Positions 1 through 7,534 of a stretch of DNA of 14,188 nucleotides are shown here, piece after piece (positions within the stretch are counted from its first letter, which is position 1; each line of letters starts with the position of its first letter). The notes below the pieces were generated by a model that had not been told where the DNA came from, searched no databases, and saw only the letters and a program-made list of their open reading frames with translations. This DNA comes from Candidatus Methylomirabilota bacterium (GTDB lineage Bacteria > Methylomirabilota > Methylomirabilia > Rokubacteriales > CSP1-6): NCBI GenBank assembly GCA_046726415.1, contig JBKPAK010000131.1:1-14188 (forward strand), in the 5' to 3' direction. Both the position numbers and the translations under genes were made by a program.

Positions 1-116
1 AGGCGGCGCCCGTTCAGCTGCCCCTTGAGGACCCGGTTCTCCTCCACCAGGTATTCGATGACGCGGTTGATCCAACCCGCGAGGGTCACGAGTAGCACCT
101 GCAAGGGGGTAGACAT
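1..116 (-). mobile_element. 5' end of an rve/integrase-core-domain (DDE) transposase gene, running off the window
   Basis: ATG at 116 gives MSTPLQVLLVTLAGWINRVIEYLVEENRVLKGQLNGRR. This resembles the N-terminus (L.LAGWINR....VIEYL.EENRVL..QL.GRRL) of a widespread integrase-core transposase family. About 4 residues usually found between WINR and VIEYL appear to be missing. Confidence 0.75.
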
Positions 117-173
117 CGGTCGTCATGAGCCGATCGTACCGTGCCTCAATCCGGCCCGTGTACCGAGTGAGGC

Positions 174-196
174 CGGCTGAGTATTCGGACCATACG
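174..196 (-). mobile_element. Putative left terminus (IR) of the integrase-core element
   Basis: Minus strand reads CGTATGGTCCGAATACTCAGCCG, about 60-80 bp upstream of the transposase ATG. It abuts exactly the point (197) where an ADH fragment begins, and resembles recalled ends of this element family. Confidence 0.5.
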
Positions 197-293
197 GGCG
201 CCAAGGTCATCCTGGCTACGGCGACCAGCGGAGAGCGATGAGTGCCGTCCAGGGCGGCGTGGCCGTGAACGGGAAACCGCTTGGCCTTGTAGG
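197..293 (+). pseudogene. Internal fragment of a zinc-dependent (MDR) alcohol dehydrogenase
   Basis: GAKVILATATSGE, then a 1-nt frameshift, then (A)MSAVQGGVAVNGKPLGLVG. This matches the GAxVILATxxSGxAMSAVxGGLxVNG segment of MDR ADHs. No N- or C-terminus is present. Confidence 0.6.
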
Positions 294-352
294 CAGGGAA
301 TGCTCTGATCAGGTTCACGCTTCCAGACTCGCCCCCCTGAAAGGGTACGTAT

Positions 353-1249
353 ATGGCAACGGTGCTCATTACCGGTTCAAGCACGGGCCTTGGCCTCGCC
401 ACGGCCGTGGCGCTTGCCCGCGCCCGCCACGACGTCTACGCGACCATGCGCAATCCGGACCGCTCGCCCGAACTGCAGACCATCGCGCATCAGGAGTCGC
501 TGCCCATCACGATCCTGCGCCTCGATGTGGACAGCGATGACTCGGTCATGCAGGCCGTCCAGCAGGTGTTGGCAGTGGGCGGTGGCATTGATGTACTCGT
601 CAACAATGCCGGGATTCTCGCGTTCGGCGCGGTCGAGGACCTGCCACTCGACGTCTTTCGACGGACCATGGAGACAAACTACTTTGGCGCGCTCCGTTGC
701 ATTCAAGCGGTGCTGCCTTCGACGCGCGAGCGCAGGAGCGGGTGTATCGTCAATGTGACCTCGATCGGCGGCCGTATTACCATGGGCGCACACGGATGCT
801 ACACGGCCACGAAGTTCGCGCTCGAAGCGCTGAGCGAAGCGCTGGCGCAGGAGGTCAAGGCGTTCAATATCCGAGTGGCCATCGTCGAGCCCGGCATCAT
901 GCAGACAGCGATCTTCGCCAAGATGCCCGAAGATCCCCCTCCGTCGCATTATCCACACGAAGGACGCCTCCGGGCCCTCCATGCGGCCGGGCTCGTCAGT
1001 CCGATGTCGCCGTTCGTGGCGGGCGAGGCGATCCGCCAGATCGTCGAGAGCGACAGCGGGCAACTACGGTATCCGGTCGGCCCGGATGCCTTGCCGTTCC
1101 TGGAGAGGCGAGCCGCCATGACCGACGAGGCGTGGCTCAACTGGAACACCCCCCCGGACGACGACGAATGGTACGCGCAACTCGAGCGCGACTTCGGGCC
1201 GGACGCCCGGCCGTTTCGCGGGGTCCGATCCTTTGCGCGCGGCGTCTGA
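353..1249 (+). CDS. Short-chain dehydrogenase/reductase (classical SDR), 298 aa
   Basis: TGSSTGLG (TGxxxGxG), LDV, NNAG, catalytic S (VTS), YTATK (YxxxK) and VEPG motifs; intact ORF. Confidence 0.95.
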   Translation: MATVLITGSSTGLGLATAVALARARHDVYATMRNPDRSPELQTIAHQESLPITILRLDVDSDDSVMQAVQQVLAVGGGIDVLVNNAGILAFGAVEDLPLDVFRRTMETNYFGALRCIQAVLPSTRERRSGCIVNVTSIGGRITMGAHGCYTATKFALEALSEALAQEVKAFNIRVAIVEPGIMQTAIFAKMPEDPPPSHYPHEGRLRALHAAGLVSPMSPFVAGEAIRQIVESDSGQLRYPVGPDALPFLERRAAMTDEAWLNWNTPPDDDEWYAQLERDFGPDARPFRGVRSFARGV

Positions 1250-1384
1250 GCGGCGCGTGGGTGCAATAACGCCGATCACCGGTGCGGCGTCCGTCGCCGA
1301 ACCAGGGTTAGCGTCGCAGGAGCGGTTCGGTCGGCCGCTCCGCCGCATCGAAGCGGCGACCGGCGTGCGGGCTCGATCTTGACG

Positions 1385-1588
1385 CGCGGCGGTCTCCAGA
1401 ATCTTCACCAGCGTGGGAATCGCCGGCGGATCCTGGGTGGCGGCGATGACCCCCATGGCCTCGGTCCGGAACTGCAAGCTCAACCTCGCCACCTCGGCGG
1501 CGCTCGGCGCGAGGTCGAGCCGATCCGACGCACTGTCCATTGAGCCACCGACAAGACCCCGCACGGCCTCATCGCGCACTTCAGGATC
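1385..1588 (-). pseudogene. Possible HEAT-repeat protein fragment overlapping the 3' end of the cyclase gene
   Basis: Frame reads DPEVRDEAVRGL...FRTEAMGVIAATQDPPAIPTLVKILET, giving two HEAT/PBS-lyase-like units (DPxVRxxAxxxL; AxxxxxxxxDPxAIPxLxxxL). It then degenerates into low-complexity sequence. Confidence 0.4.
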
Positions 1589-4500
1589 CCTTGCTCGCCC
1601 CGAAAGCCATCAGGGCTTGCGCACTCTTGCGCTGCCAGAAGGAGATGCCCCAGGCGTCGAACTGGTCGCGCACGGCCGCGAGCAGGACTTGGGCGCGCGG
1701 GACCTCGCCTTTGGCGGCGAGCATCTGGGCCAGATAAAAGCGTGTCTGCGCGGCGAGCACCACGGCGCCCGTCGCCTCGTCGGCCTGCACGCTCTGGATC
1801 AGACAGGCTTCAGCCTGGACGAAATCAGGCAAGCGGCCCGCCGCCAGCAGGCGCCCCTGCAGGAGGGCGAACCTGGCCGTGCGCCGTTTCCCCTCTTGGT
1901 GGTAGCGTTCGGCGGCCGGCCGATCTCCCAGCTCGAGGCTGGCCCACGCCAGGTTGAAATAGACCTCCCCGAGCCCATCGTGGTGAGGGGTGCCGGCAAT
2001 CGCCTGCAGAGCCTGGGTACACGCCTCTCGGGCCGCGGCAAAGTGCCCCACGGCAATGAGGGCGGTACTGTGAGCCACGTGAGCAAAAAATCGCATGGAT
2101 GGCGAGTCGGTCTCGGCCGTGAGGGTGAGGAGCTGTTCGGCGCGGGCCAGGGCTCCGTGATCCTCCCCTAGCAGCACCGCCATCCGACTGTGCCACAGCA
2201 CGCAATAGATCTTGGTGAAGAGGTTGGAGAGGCGCTCCAGCGCGGGCGTGTAGCCCTTGAGCAGCGCGTCCTTGGCCTCGGCAACGCGGCCCTGCAGGGC
2301 CAAATTGTATCCCAGGGCCGTACACCCATAGGCGTAGGCCAGGAAGCCCACCCCCCAATCGATCTCCTTGGTCTGCGACTGCTCTTCCTCCTGCGCACGA
2401 ATGCTCTCGGCGAACAGGGGCGCGGCTTGTTGCCATTGGCCCTGGGCGTTGTAGGCCATGGCCAGGGCGTAGCGGGCGGTGGTCAGGGAGGCGTTCTCCG
2501 CGGTCCCGTTCAGGTACTCCAGGGCGCGCAGGAAATACGGTTCAGCGGTCTTGTACTCCCCTGTGAAGCCATAGCTGATGCCGTACCCCACGCACACTTT
2601 GCCCAGGCGCACCCGGTCCGACAGCGCGTGCGCCATGGTTTCAGCTTCCTGGCAGATGAACAGCATGCGCTCGAGTCGTCCTAGGAAGTGCAACGGCCAC
2701 AGGCTTTCCAGGTTCAGATCGATCAAGGCCTCCTGCTGGGCGCGCTCCTCCGGGAGTTGCAGCAACCAAGCCCGGGCCTGTTCGAAGAGGGTGACGGCGT
2801 CCTGGAATTGCCCGAGCCGGTGGGCCCGGGCAGCGGCGCGGCGGCCGTAGTGCACCGCCTTCGGCAAATCTCCCGCCGCGGTGTAGTGATGGGCCAGCAA
2901 TTCCGGCTGAGCCTCGGCCGTATTGGGGAACCGCGTGTCCAGCACCTCGGCAATGCGCTGATGGTATTGCTTCCGGGTGCTCCGGAGGAGCGACTGATAG
3001 GCCGCCTCTTGGAGGAGGGCGTGCTTGAAGTGATAGGTCGCCTCGGGTGGGACCCCTCGCTGGTAGAGCAGCTCTGCCGCGACGAGCTGCCGGAGGCCGT
3101 GCTGCAGCGTGGCCTCATCGAGGGGGGTCACCGCCTGGAGCAGGTCATACGCGAATGTGCGCCCCAGGGTGGCCCCCAGCTGGGCCACCGACTTGACCGT
3201 GTTCAGGCGATCCAGGCGCGCCATCAAGGCATCGTGGAGCGTGGTGGGAATGGCCAGGGTGGGCAAGGGACCCGTCAATTCATAGTGCTCTTCCGCCTCG
3301 TGGAGCACGCCGGACTCCACGATGGATTTGGTCAGCTCTTCGACGAACAGCGGCACGCCATCGGTGTTGGTCACCACGCGCTGGAGGACTTCCCTGGGCA
3401 GTGGTTTTCCCCCGGTCACCCGGGTGACCATCGCTTCGACGTGGGCTGCGGACAGGCGCTGGACGGACAGGGGCGTGAGGTCGGCCCCCAACTCCCAGGG
3501 AGCCTGGAAGTCAGATCGATAGGTCACGACGGTCAAGGTCGCTGCGGTGGGCCCCTGGGTGATCAGGAGCTGAAGGAATTCCACGGTCGAGGTATCGGCC
3601 CACTGGAGGTCTTCGAGGATCAACAGGACCGGGTGCCGTTCCGCCAGCTCCACGACGATGGCCAGGAGCGCTTCCAGCGTTTTCTGCTTCTGCTGCTCCG
3701 GGGTGATGGGCAGCGGCGCATACCGCGCCTCTGGAAGCGGCAGGGAGAGGACGGTGGCAAAGAGCGGGACCGCCTCCTCGAGAGGCAGACGGTACTGGGC
3801 GAGAGCGCGCTCAAGTTTCTCCAGCTTCGTGTCGGGGGCCTCATCCCGCTGGAAGTGCAGCACGCGTTCCATCATGTTGATGAGTGGGTACAGGGTCGTG
3901 TGCTGGTAATAGGGAGAGCATCGGCACTCCAACCGGGTATGCGGCTCGTCGGCGATGTGGTCCTTGAGCACCTGCACCAGGCGCGACTTGCCGATTCCGG
4001 CCTCCCCGCTCAGCGCGACGATGTGCCCCTGGCCGTCCTTGACCCCGGCCCAGCGGGCGAGCAGCAGGGCAACTTCCGCCTCCCGCCCGACCAAAGGCGT
4101 GAGTCCGCGCGCGGCGGCCACGTCGAGACGACCCTGCACCCCACTCTCACCGAGGACCTGATAGACGGGGATGGCCGTGGGCACACCGCGCAGGGCCTGG
4201 GGGCCAATGGCGTGGCAGGTGAAATGCCCCTGGACGAGACGCAGGGTGGCCTCACTGATGACCACCGTGTCAGGCCGCGCCAGACTCTGGATCCTCGCGG
4301 CGATGTTCGGCGCTTCCCCGAGCGCCAGCTGCTCCTGCCGGCCTCTTCCGCCCACGCTGCCCACGACGACCAGTCCCGTGTGGATGCCCACGCGGACCGC
4401 CAGTTGGATCGGTGGTTCCCGCTGCTGTAGCAGTTTGCGCGTCACGCCGAGGGCGTCGACGATCCCGAGCCCGGCCCGCACCGCCCGCTGAGCATCGTCC

Positions 4501-4967
4501 TCGTGCGCTTGGGGGTAGCCAAAGTAGACGAGCAGGCCATCGCCGAGATACTGGGCGATGTGGCCGTCAAACTGCTGGATCACCTCGGCGCAGGTCTGCT
4601 GATAGGCCTGGATCACCTCGCGCAGGTCTTCCGGGTCTCGCTCAGCCGCGAGCCCCGTCGAGTCCACCAGGTCGCAGAACATCACCGTGAGCTGGCGGCG
4701 TTCTGCCTCCTCGGTGAGAGGAGGGACGGGAAGCGGTGGAGCCTGGGGCGCCGGGGCGTGCGCCGGCGGCGCGCTGGTCGGCCTGCGCCACATTATGAGG
4801 CGGCCATCTACGTCAACCGCCACCCCCCGGGCGTCGATGAGCTCGGTCTTGAGGTCGTCGAGGCAGGGGTCATCGAGGTTGAAGCGGCGCTTCAGGGCCC
4901 CGTAGGACACGCGGCCCTCATGCTGAAGCAGCGCGAGAACCTCCACCAGTAGCTCATCAAACGTCAT
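1581..4967 (-). CDS. Class III adenylate/guanylate cyclase + AAA/STAND ATPase + TPR-like repeats, 1128 aa
   Basis: Cyclase motifs MFCDLVDST, YLGDGLLVYFG, VRVGIHTG and GEAPNIAARIQ. Walker A GEAGIGKS, Walker B LLILEDLQWAD, GVPLFVEE (GxP) and FKHALLQEAAY. Helical TPR-like C-terminus. N-terminal ~60-aa domain (GRVSYGALKRRFNLDD) followed by a Pro-rich linker. Confidence 0.93.
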   Translation of the reverse strand: MTFDELLVEVLALLQHEGRVSYGALKRRFNLDDPCLDDLKTELIDARGVAVDVDGRLIMWRRPTSAPPAHAPAPQAPPLPVPPLTEEAERRQLTVMFCDLVDSTGLAAERDPEDLREVIQAYQQTCAEVIQQFDGHIAQYLGDGLLVYFGYPQAHEDDAQRAVRAGLGIVDALGVTRKLLQQREPPIQLAVRVGIHTGLVVVGSVGGRGRQEQLALGEAPNIAARIQSLARPDTVVISEATLRLVQGHFTCHAIGPQALRGVPTAIPVYQVLGESGVQGRLDVAAARGLTPLVGREAEVALLLARWAGVKDGQGHIVALSGEAGIGKSRLVQVLKDHIADEPHTRLECRCSPYYQHTTLYPLINMMERVLHFQRDEAPDTKLEKLERALAQYRLPLEEAVPLFATVLSLPLPEARYAPLPITPEQQKQKTLEALLAIVVELAERHPVLLILEDLQWADTSTVEFLQLLITQGPTAATLTVVTYRSDFQAPWELGADLTPLSVQRLSAAHVEAMVTRVTGGKPLPREVLQRVVTNTDGVPLFVEELTKSIVESGVLHEAEEHYELTGPLPTLAIPTTLHDALMARLDRLNTVKSVAQLGATLGRTFAYDLLQAVTPLDEATLQHGLRQLVAAELLYQRGVPPEATYHFKHALLQEAAYQSLLRSTRKQYHQRIAEVLDTRFPNTAEAQPELLAHHYTAAGDLPKAVHYGRRAAARAHRLGQFQDAVTLFEQARAWLLQLPEERAQQEALIDLNLESLWPLHFLGRLERMLFICQEAETMAHALSDRVRLGKVCVGYGISYGFTGEYKTAEPYFLRALEYLNGTAENASLTTARYALAMAYNAQGQWQQAAPLFAESIRAQEEEQSQTKEIDWGVGFLAYAYGCTALGYNLALQGRVAEAKDALLKGYTPALERLSNLFTKIYCVLWHSRMAVLLGEDHGALARAEQLLTLTAETDSPSMRFFAHVAHSTALIAVGHFAAAREACTQALQAIAGTPHHDGLGEVYFNLAWASLELGDRPAAERYHQEGKRRTARFALLQGRLLAAGRLPDFVQAEACLIQSVQADEATGAVVLAAQTRFYLAQMLAAKGEVPRAQVLLAAVRDQFDAWGISFWQRKSAQALMAFGASKGS

Positions 4968-5190
4968 CTTCTCGCCCTTCCCGCGTGCGCGTCCGGCGGC
5001 CCGAAGCGGAGGATCTCCAGGGCCAGCGACTGGTCGAAGATGGGGGCGGCCTGGCGCAGCCAGTTATTCAGCGCGCGCCCGGCCTCGCAGCCGTCAACGA
5101 AATCGCAGGTGAGGGGGTCGTACTGGCCTTGACCATCCCGCACAGGGAGTGGCCAGATGATGGCGGCGTTGAGCACTTCTGACGGAAAGC
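4964..5190 (-). pseudogene. 3' remnant of an unknown gene translationally coupled to the cyclase gene
   Basis: Its TGA overlaps the cyclase ATG (ATGA at 4967-4964). The peptide is protein-like (SEVLNAAIIWPLPVRDGQGQYDPLTCDFVDGCEAGRALNNWLRQAAPIFDQSLALEILRFG). The 5' part runs into the IS91 remnant. Confidence 0.4.
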
Positions 5191-5209
5191 TCTGGTGGCC
5201 AGCTCCTGT

Positions 5210-5371
5210 ACGAGTTACCTCCCCGAGACGAACGGCTCCACGCACTTGTTACTCCATCCGCTAGAGCTGATCGAAAAGCTTTCGGTGCTAATTCCTTCGC
5301 CTCCGTTTCATGCGCTGCGCCTCTATGACTTGCTGGCCCCGCACGCCGCGTGGCGTTCGCAAATTATCCCC
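5210..5371 (+). mobile_element. Degenerate IS91/ISCR-family (HUH) transposase C-terminal fragment
   Basis: NGSTHLLLHPLELIEKLSVLIPSPPFHALRLYDLLAPHAAWRSQIIP matches the DGxTHLxxxPLELxExLxxLxPxPxxHxxRYHGxLAPxAxWRxxIxP motif. The conserved YHG is eroded. Confidence 0.8.
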
Positions 5372-5484
5372 CGGGCCTGGGGAAGATGTCGACCTGAAAC
5401 TCGGGGGGCACGGCGTCGTGTCCGGCGCGTCAGGGGGCTATCCGGCTGGCGAGCCCGCAAAGGGCAGGCGGGACCCACCCTGAC

Positions 5485-5517
5485 TGGCGGATCCCGTTGG
5501 GGAATCGAACCCGTATT
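5485..5517 (-). other. tRNA 3'-end-like remnant (possible att scar)
   Basis: Minus strand AATACGGGTTCGATTCCCCAACGGGATCCGCCA contains a T-arm GGG-TTCGATT-CCC and a terminal CCA. No D-arm or anticodon arm is recognisable. Confidence 0.5.
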
Positions 5518-5587
5518 CCGGGGAGCGCCGTGCGCGATCACCCGACTGGAGGTCGTATCCAGTAGGTGTCTGGTGTCGTGTAGTGTC

Positions 5588-5610
5588 TTCATATCCAGCC
5601 CCCTCGACCA
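5588..5610 (+). other. Second degenerate tRNA 3'-end-like remnant
   Basis: TTCATATCCAGCCCCCTCGACCA resembles a tRNA-Pro-type TTCAAATCC...CGACCA end and is followed 9 nt later by a strong hairpin. Confidence 0.35.
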
Positions 5611-5619
5611 GCAACGGCT

Positions 5620-5653
5620 AAGGGTTAGCGGACGTCGCAGCCGCTAATCCCTT
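5620..5653 (+). terminator. Stem-loop, terminator-like
   Basis: AAGGGTTAGCGG-9 nt-CCGCTAA(T)CCCTT is a 12-bp stem with one bulge, followed by TCGTTT. Confidence 0.55.
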
Positions 5654-5701
5654 TCGTTTACCCGGGATCACCGGGGAAGTCGCGTGGCTGCGGACCGGGC
5701 G

Positions 5702-6170
5702 TCAGATGCGGGGCAAGCCAAGCTCCTCGGCGCCGATCTCCTCGCGACCGCGGCGCATGACCGCGCGCTCGATCACGGCGGAGAGCTCGCGGACGTTGCC
5801 TGGCCAGCGGTAGCGTCTCAACTGCGCCTCGGCGTCAGTCGTCAGCCGCCGGGCCTCACCCTGACGCTGGGCCAGCCTCGCCGCGAAGTGTCGGGCGAGC
5901 GGCAGGATGTCGTCGGGACGCTCACGCAGGGGGAGTAGGGTGAGCGTGGATCGCGCAAACCGATCGAGCAGATCCGCGCGGAAGGTGCTGCGGGACCGCA
6001 TCGGCGAGATCGGCGTGCGTCGCAGCGATGACTCGAACGTCCAGCGACCTTGCCGCGACTCCGCCGAGGCGTTGTATCGATCTGTTCTCGATCACCGCCA
6101 GCAGCCTGCCCTGCAGATCGAGCGAGAGCGCATCGACGTCGTCCAGGAAACACCGTGCCGCCGTCGGCGG
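5702..6170 (-). pseudogene. Frameshifted sigma54-dependent activator (NtrC-like AAA+) fragment
   Basis: AADGGTVF, frameshift near 6147, then LDDVDALSLDLQGRLLAVIE...DVRVIAATHADL, frameshift near 5993, then FRADL...PLRERPDDILPLARHF...YRWPGNVREL. No clear Walker A, GAFTGA loop or Fis HTH. Confidence 0.85.
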
Positions 6171-6563
6171 CCCCTGCTGCAGCGCTTGGGGCTCGGCCAC
6201 CACTCCTCCCGTCCGCCCCCGAAGCCCTCCCGGTGACCGTGCCTTCCCGCTTCGCCGTCCCTCGCCTGGCCCGCGCCTCGCTGCTCGTCTGCCTCCCACC
6301 GCCGCTCGCCGCCCGGTCACCCTGATCGCACCGCGCTCGTCCGGGCACAGGGCCACGGTTCTCGCCCCTTCTCGCCTTCGCCCGCCCCGCTGACTGTCCC
6401 CCGCAGCCCTGGCCGGTTGCCGTCGCGGAGGGCGACCGGCTCGCGACCGCGGTGCAGAGGCAATGTTGTCCGGCGCGCCTCTTCGCGCAGGGCCTTTGAA
6501 CCGCCTATCCCCTTCGGAATCCTCAGAGCTTAGCGAGGTCGGACCAAGAGGATAGGCTCTTGC

Positions 6564-6635
6564 GCCTAACGCTGCCGCTGAGCGGCGGCGGCGAGCGAAT
6601 GCGAGCCAGCCGCCCGCTCAAGCGGGTTGTCAGGC
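6564..6635 (-). mobile_element. attC: Integron attC site 1 (72 bp)
   Basis: Minus strand: R'' GCCTGAC, 5 nt, L'' GCTTGAGC, central stem, L' GCTCAGC, 6 nt, R' GTTAGGC. Three unpaired bases all lie on the L'' arm. Begins 9 bp after the ankyrin stop codon. Confidence 0.88.
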
Positions 6636-6644
6636 AGCACTCGG

Positions 6645-7364
6645 CTAACTCCTGCCGCGTCGCGTCGATAGTCCGTTGGCCATGGCCTTGAAGTCTGGAT
6701 CTCGCTTTCTCGACATGATCTCGGCGGCCGTATCGCCGTTCTCGTTTTTAAGGTCGCCTCGGGCGCCGTATCGAAGCAGCGTGCGGAAATGACGCTTGTC
6801 GCTGTCCTTCTTCAGCATGTAGTGAAGCCCAGTCATCCCGTGGCTGTCTTGAAAGTTCACGTTTGCGCCCCTCTCAAGTAACGCTTCCGCCGCACGAAAA
6901 TGACTGCCCTTCACCGCGCTAAGGAAGGGGGTCTCGTCTTCGGCAACCGGATCTATATCGGCACCATGCTCAAGAAGCAACTTGATGGTTGCGATGTCGT
7001 CCTTGTGTGCGGCTGCCCACAGGCAATGATTCGCGTCGCAGCCGCGTTGCAATAGATGTGTGGCGAGCTGCAGATTCTGACCTCGGGAGACCGCGTACCA
7101 CAGTGGTGTCGCCTTCCAGCTATGCTCGCTGAACGCCTCTTGATTGATATCGATTCCGGCGCTCAGGAGCGCGTCGGCGGTGCGAACGCTGTCGACCGGC
7201 GACAGCTTCTTCGACCTCACGTTTACCCCGCAGCAGATGTGAAGGAAGTTCCGTCCTCTGTCGTCTCGATATGCAATCAGCTTCGGCTCGGCTGCTAGAC
7301 TCGCTTGCACGTCACGCCAACGTAGGCTCTTTACCGACTCCAGCACTTGCGTTCGCGATACCAC
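6645..7364 (-). CDS. Ankyrin-repeat protein (integron cassette gene), 239 aa
   Basis: Repeats GRNFLHICC, ATPLWYAVSRG, ETPFLSAVKG...LLERGANVN, GMTGLHY and GDTAAEI. GGGAGG RBS upstream of the GTG start. Visibly more A/T-ending codons than the flanking genes. Confidence 0.92.
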   Translation of the reverse strand: MVSRTQVLESVKSLRWRDVQASLAAEPKLIAYRDDRGRNFLHICCGVNVRSKKLSPVDSVRTADALLSAGIDINQEAFSEHSWKATPLWYAVSRGQNLQLATHLLQRGCDANHCLWAAAHKDDIATIKLLLEHGADIDPVAEDETPFLSAVKGSHFRAAEALLERGANVNFQDSHGMTGLHYMLKKDSDKRHFRTLLRYGARGDLKNENGDTAAEIMSRKRDPDFKAMANGLSTRRGRS

Positions 7365-7408
7365 CCATCCCTCCCTGATGTTCGCTTGTCCCGTGCGTCA
7401 CGGCGGCT

Positions 7409-7503
7409 GCCTAACGACCAGCTCAGCAGCACCGGCCGCCGAGGGGGCTACACGTCGGGGAAAGCGACATGCGGCCGGTGTCTGCTGCAGCGCCTGGTTC
7501 GGC
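7409..7503 (-). mobile_element. attC: Integron attC site 2 (95 bp)
   Basis: Minus strand: R'' GCCGAAC, 5 nt, L'' GCTGCAGC, 10-bp stem CACCGGCCGC/GCGGCCGGTG, L' GCTGAGC, 5 nt, R' GTTAGGC. Two extrahelical bases (C and T on the bottom strand) lie on the L'' arm. Confidence 0.9.
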
Positions 7504-7534
7504 GTGCCTTTACTCCGCGGCCGCCACACGCTAA

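Noticed and set aside
2688-4430. 580-aa plus-strand ORF and other long ORFs overlapping the cyclase gene
   Set aside because: Antisense shadows of a high-GC gene with no recognisable motifs.
5485-5610. Functional tRNA genes
   Set aside because: Only degenerate T-arm and acceptor 3' halves are present; no cloverleaf can be built.
5612-5660. Third attC site (AAC...GTT around the hairpin)
   Set aside because: Too short, lacks proper RYYYAAC/GTTRRRY boxes, and does not follow a cassette ORF. A terminator-like hairpin explains it better.
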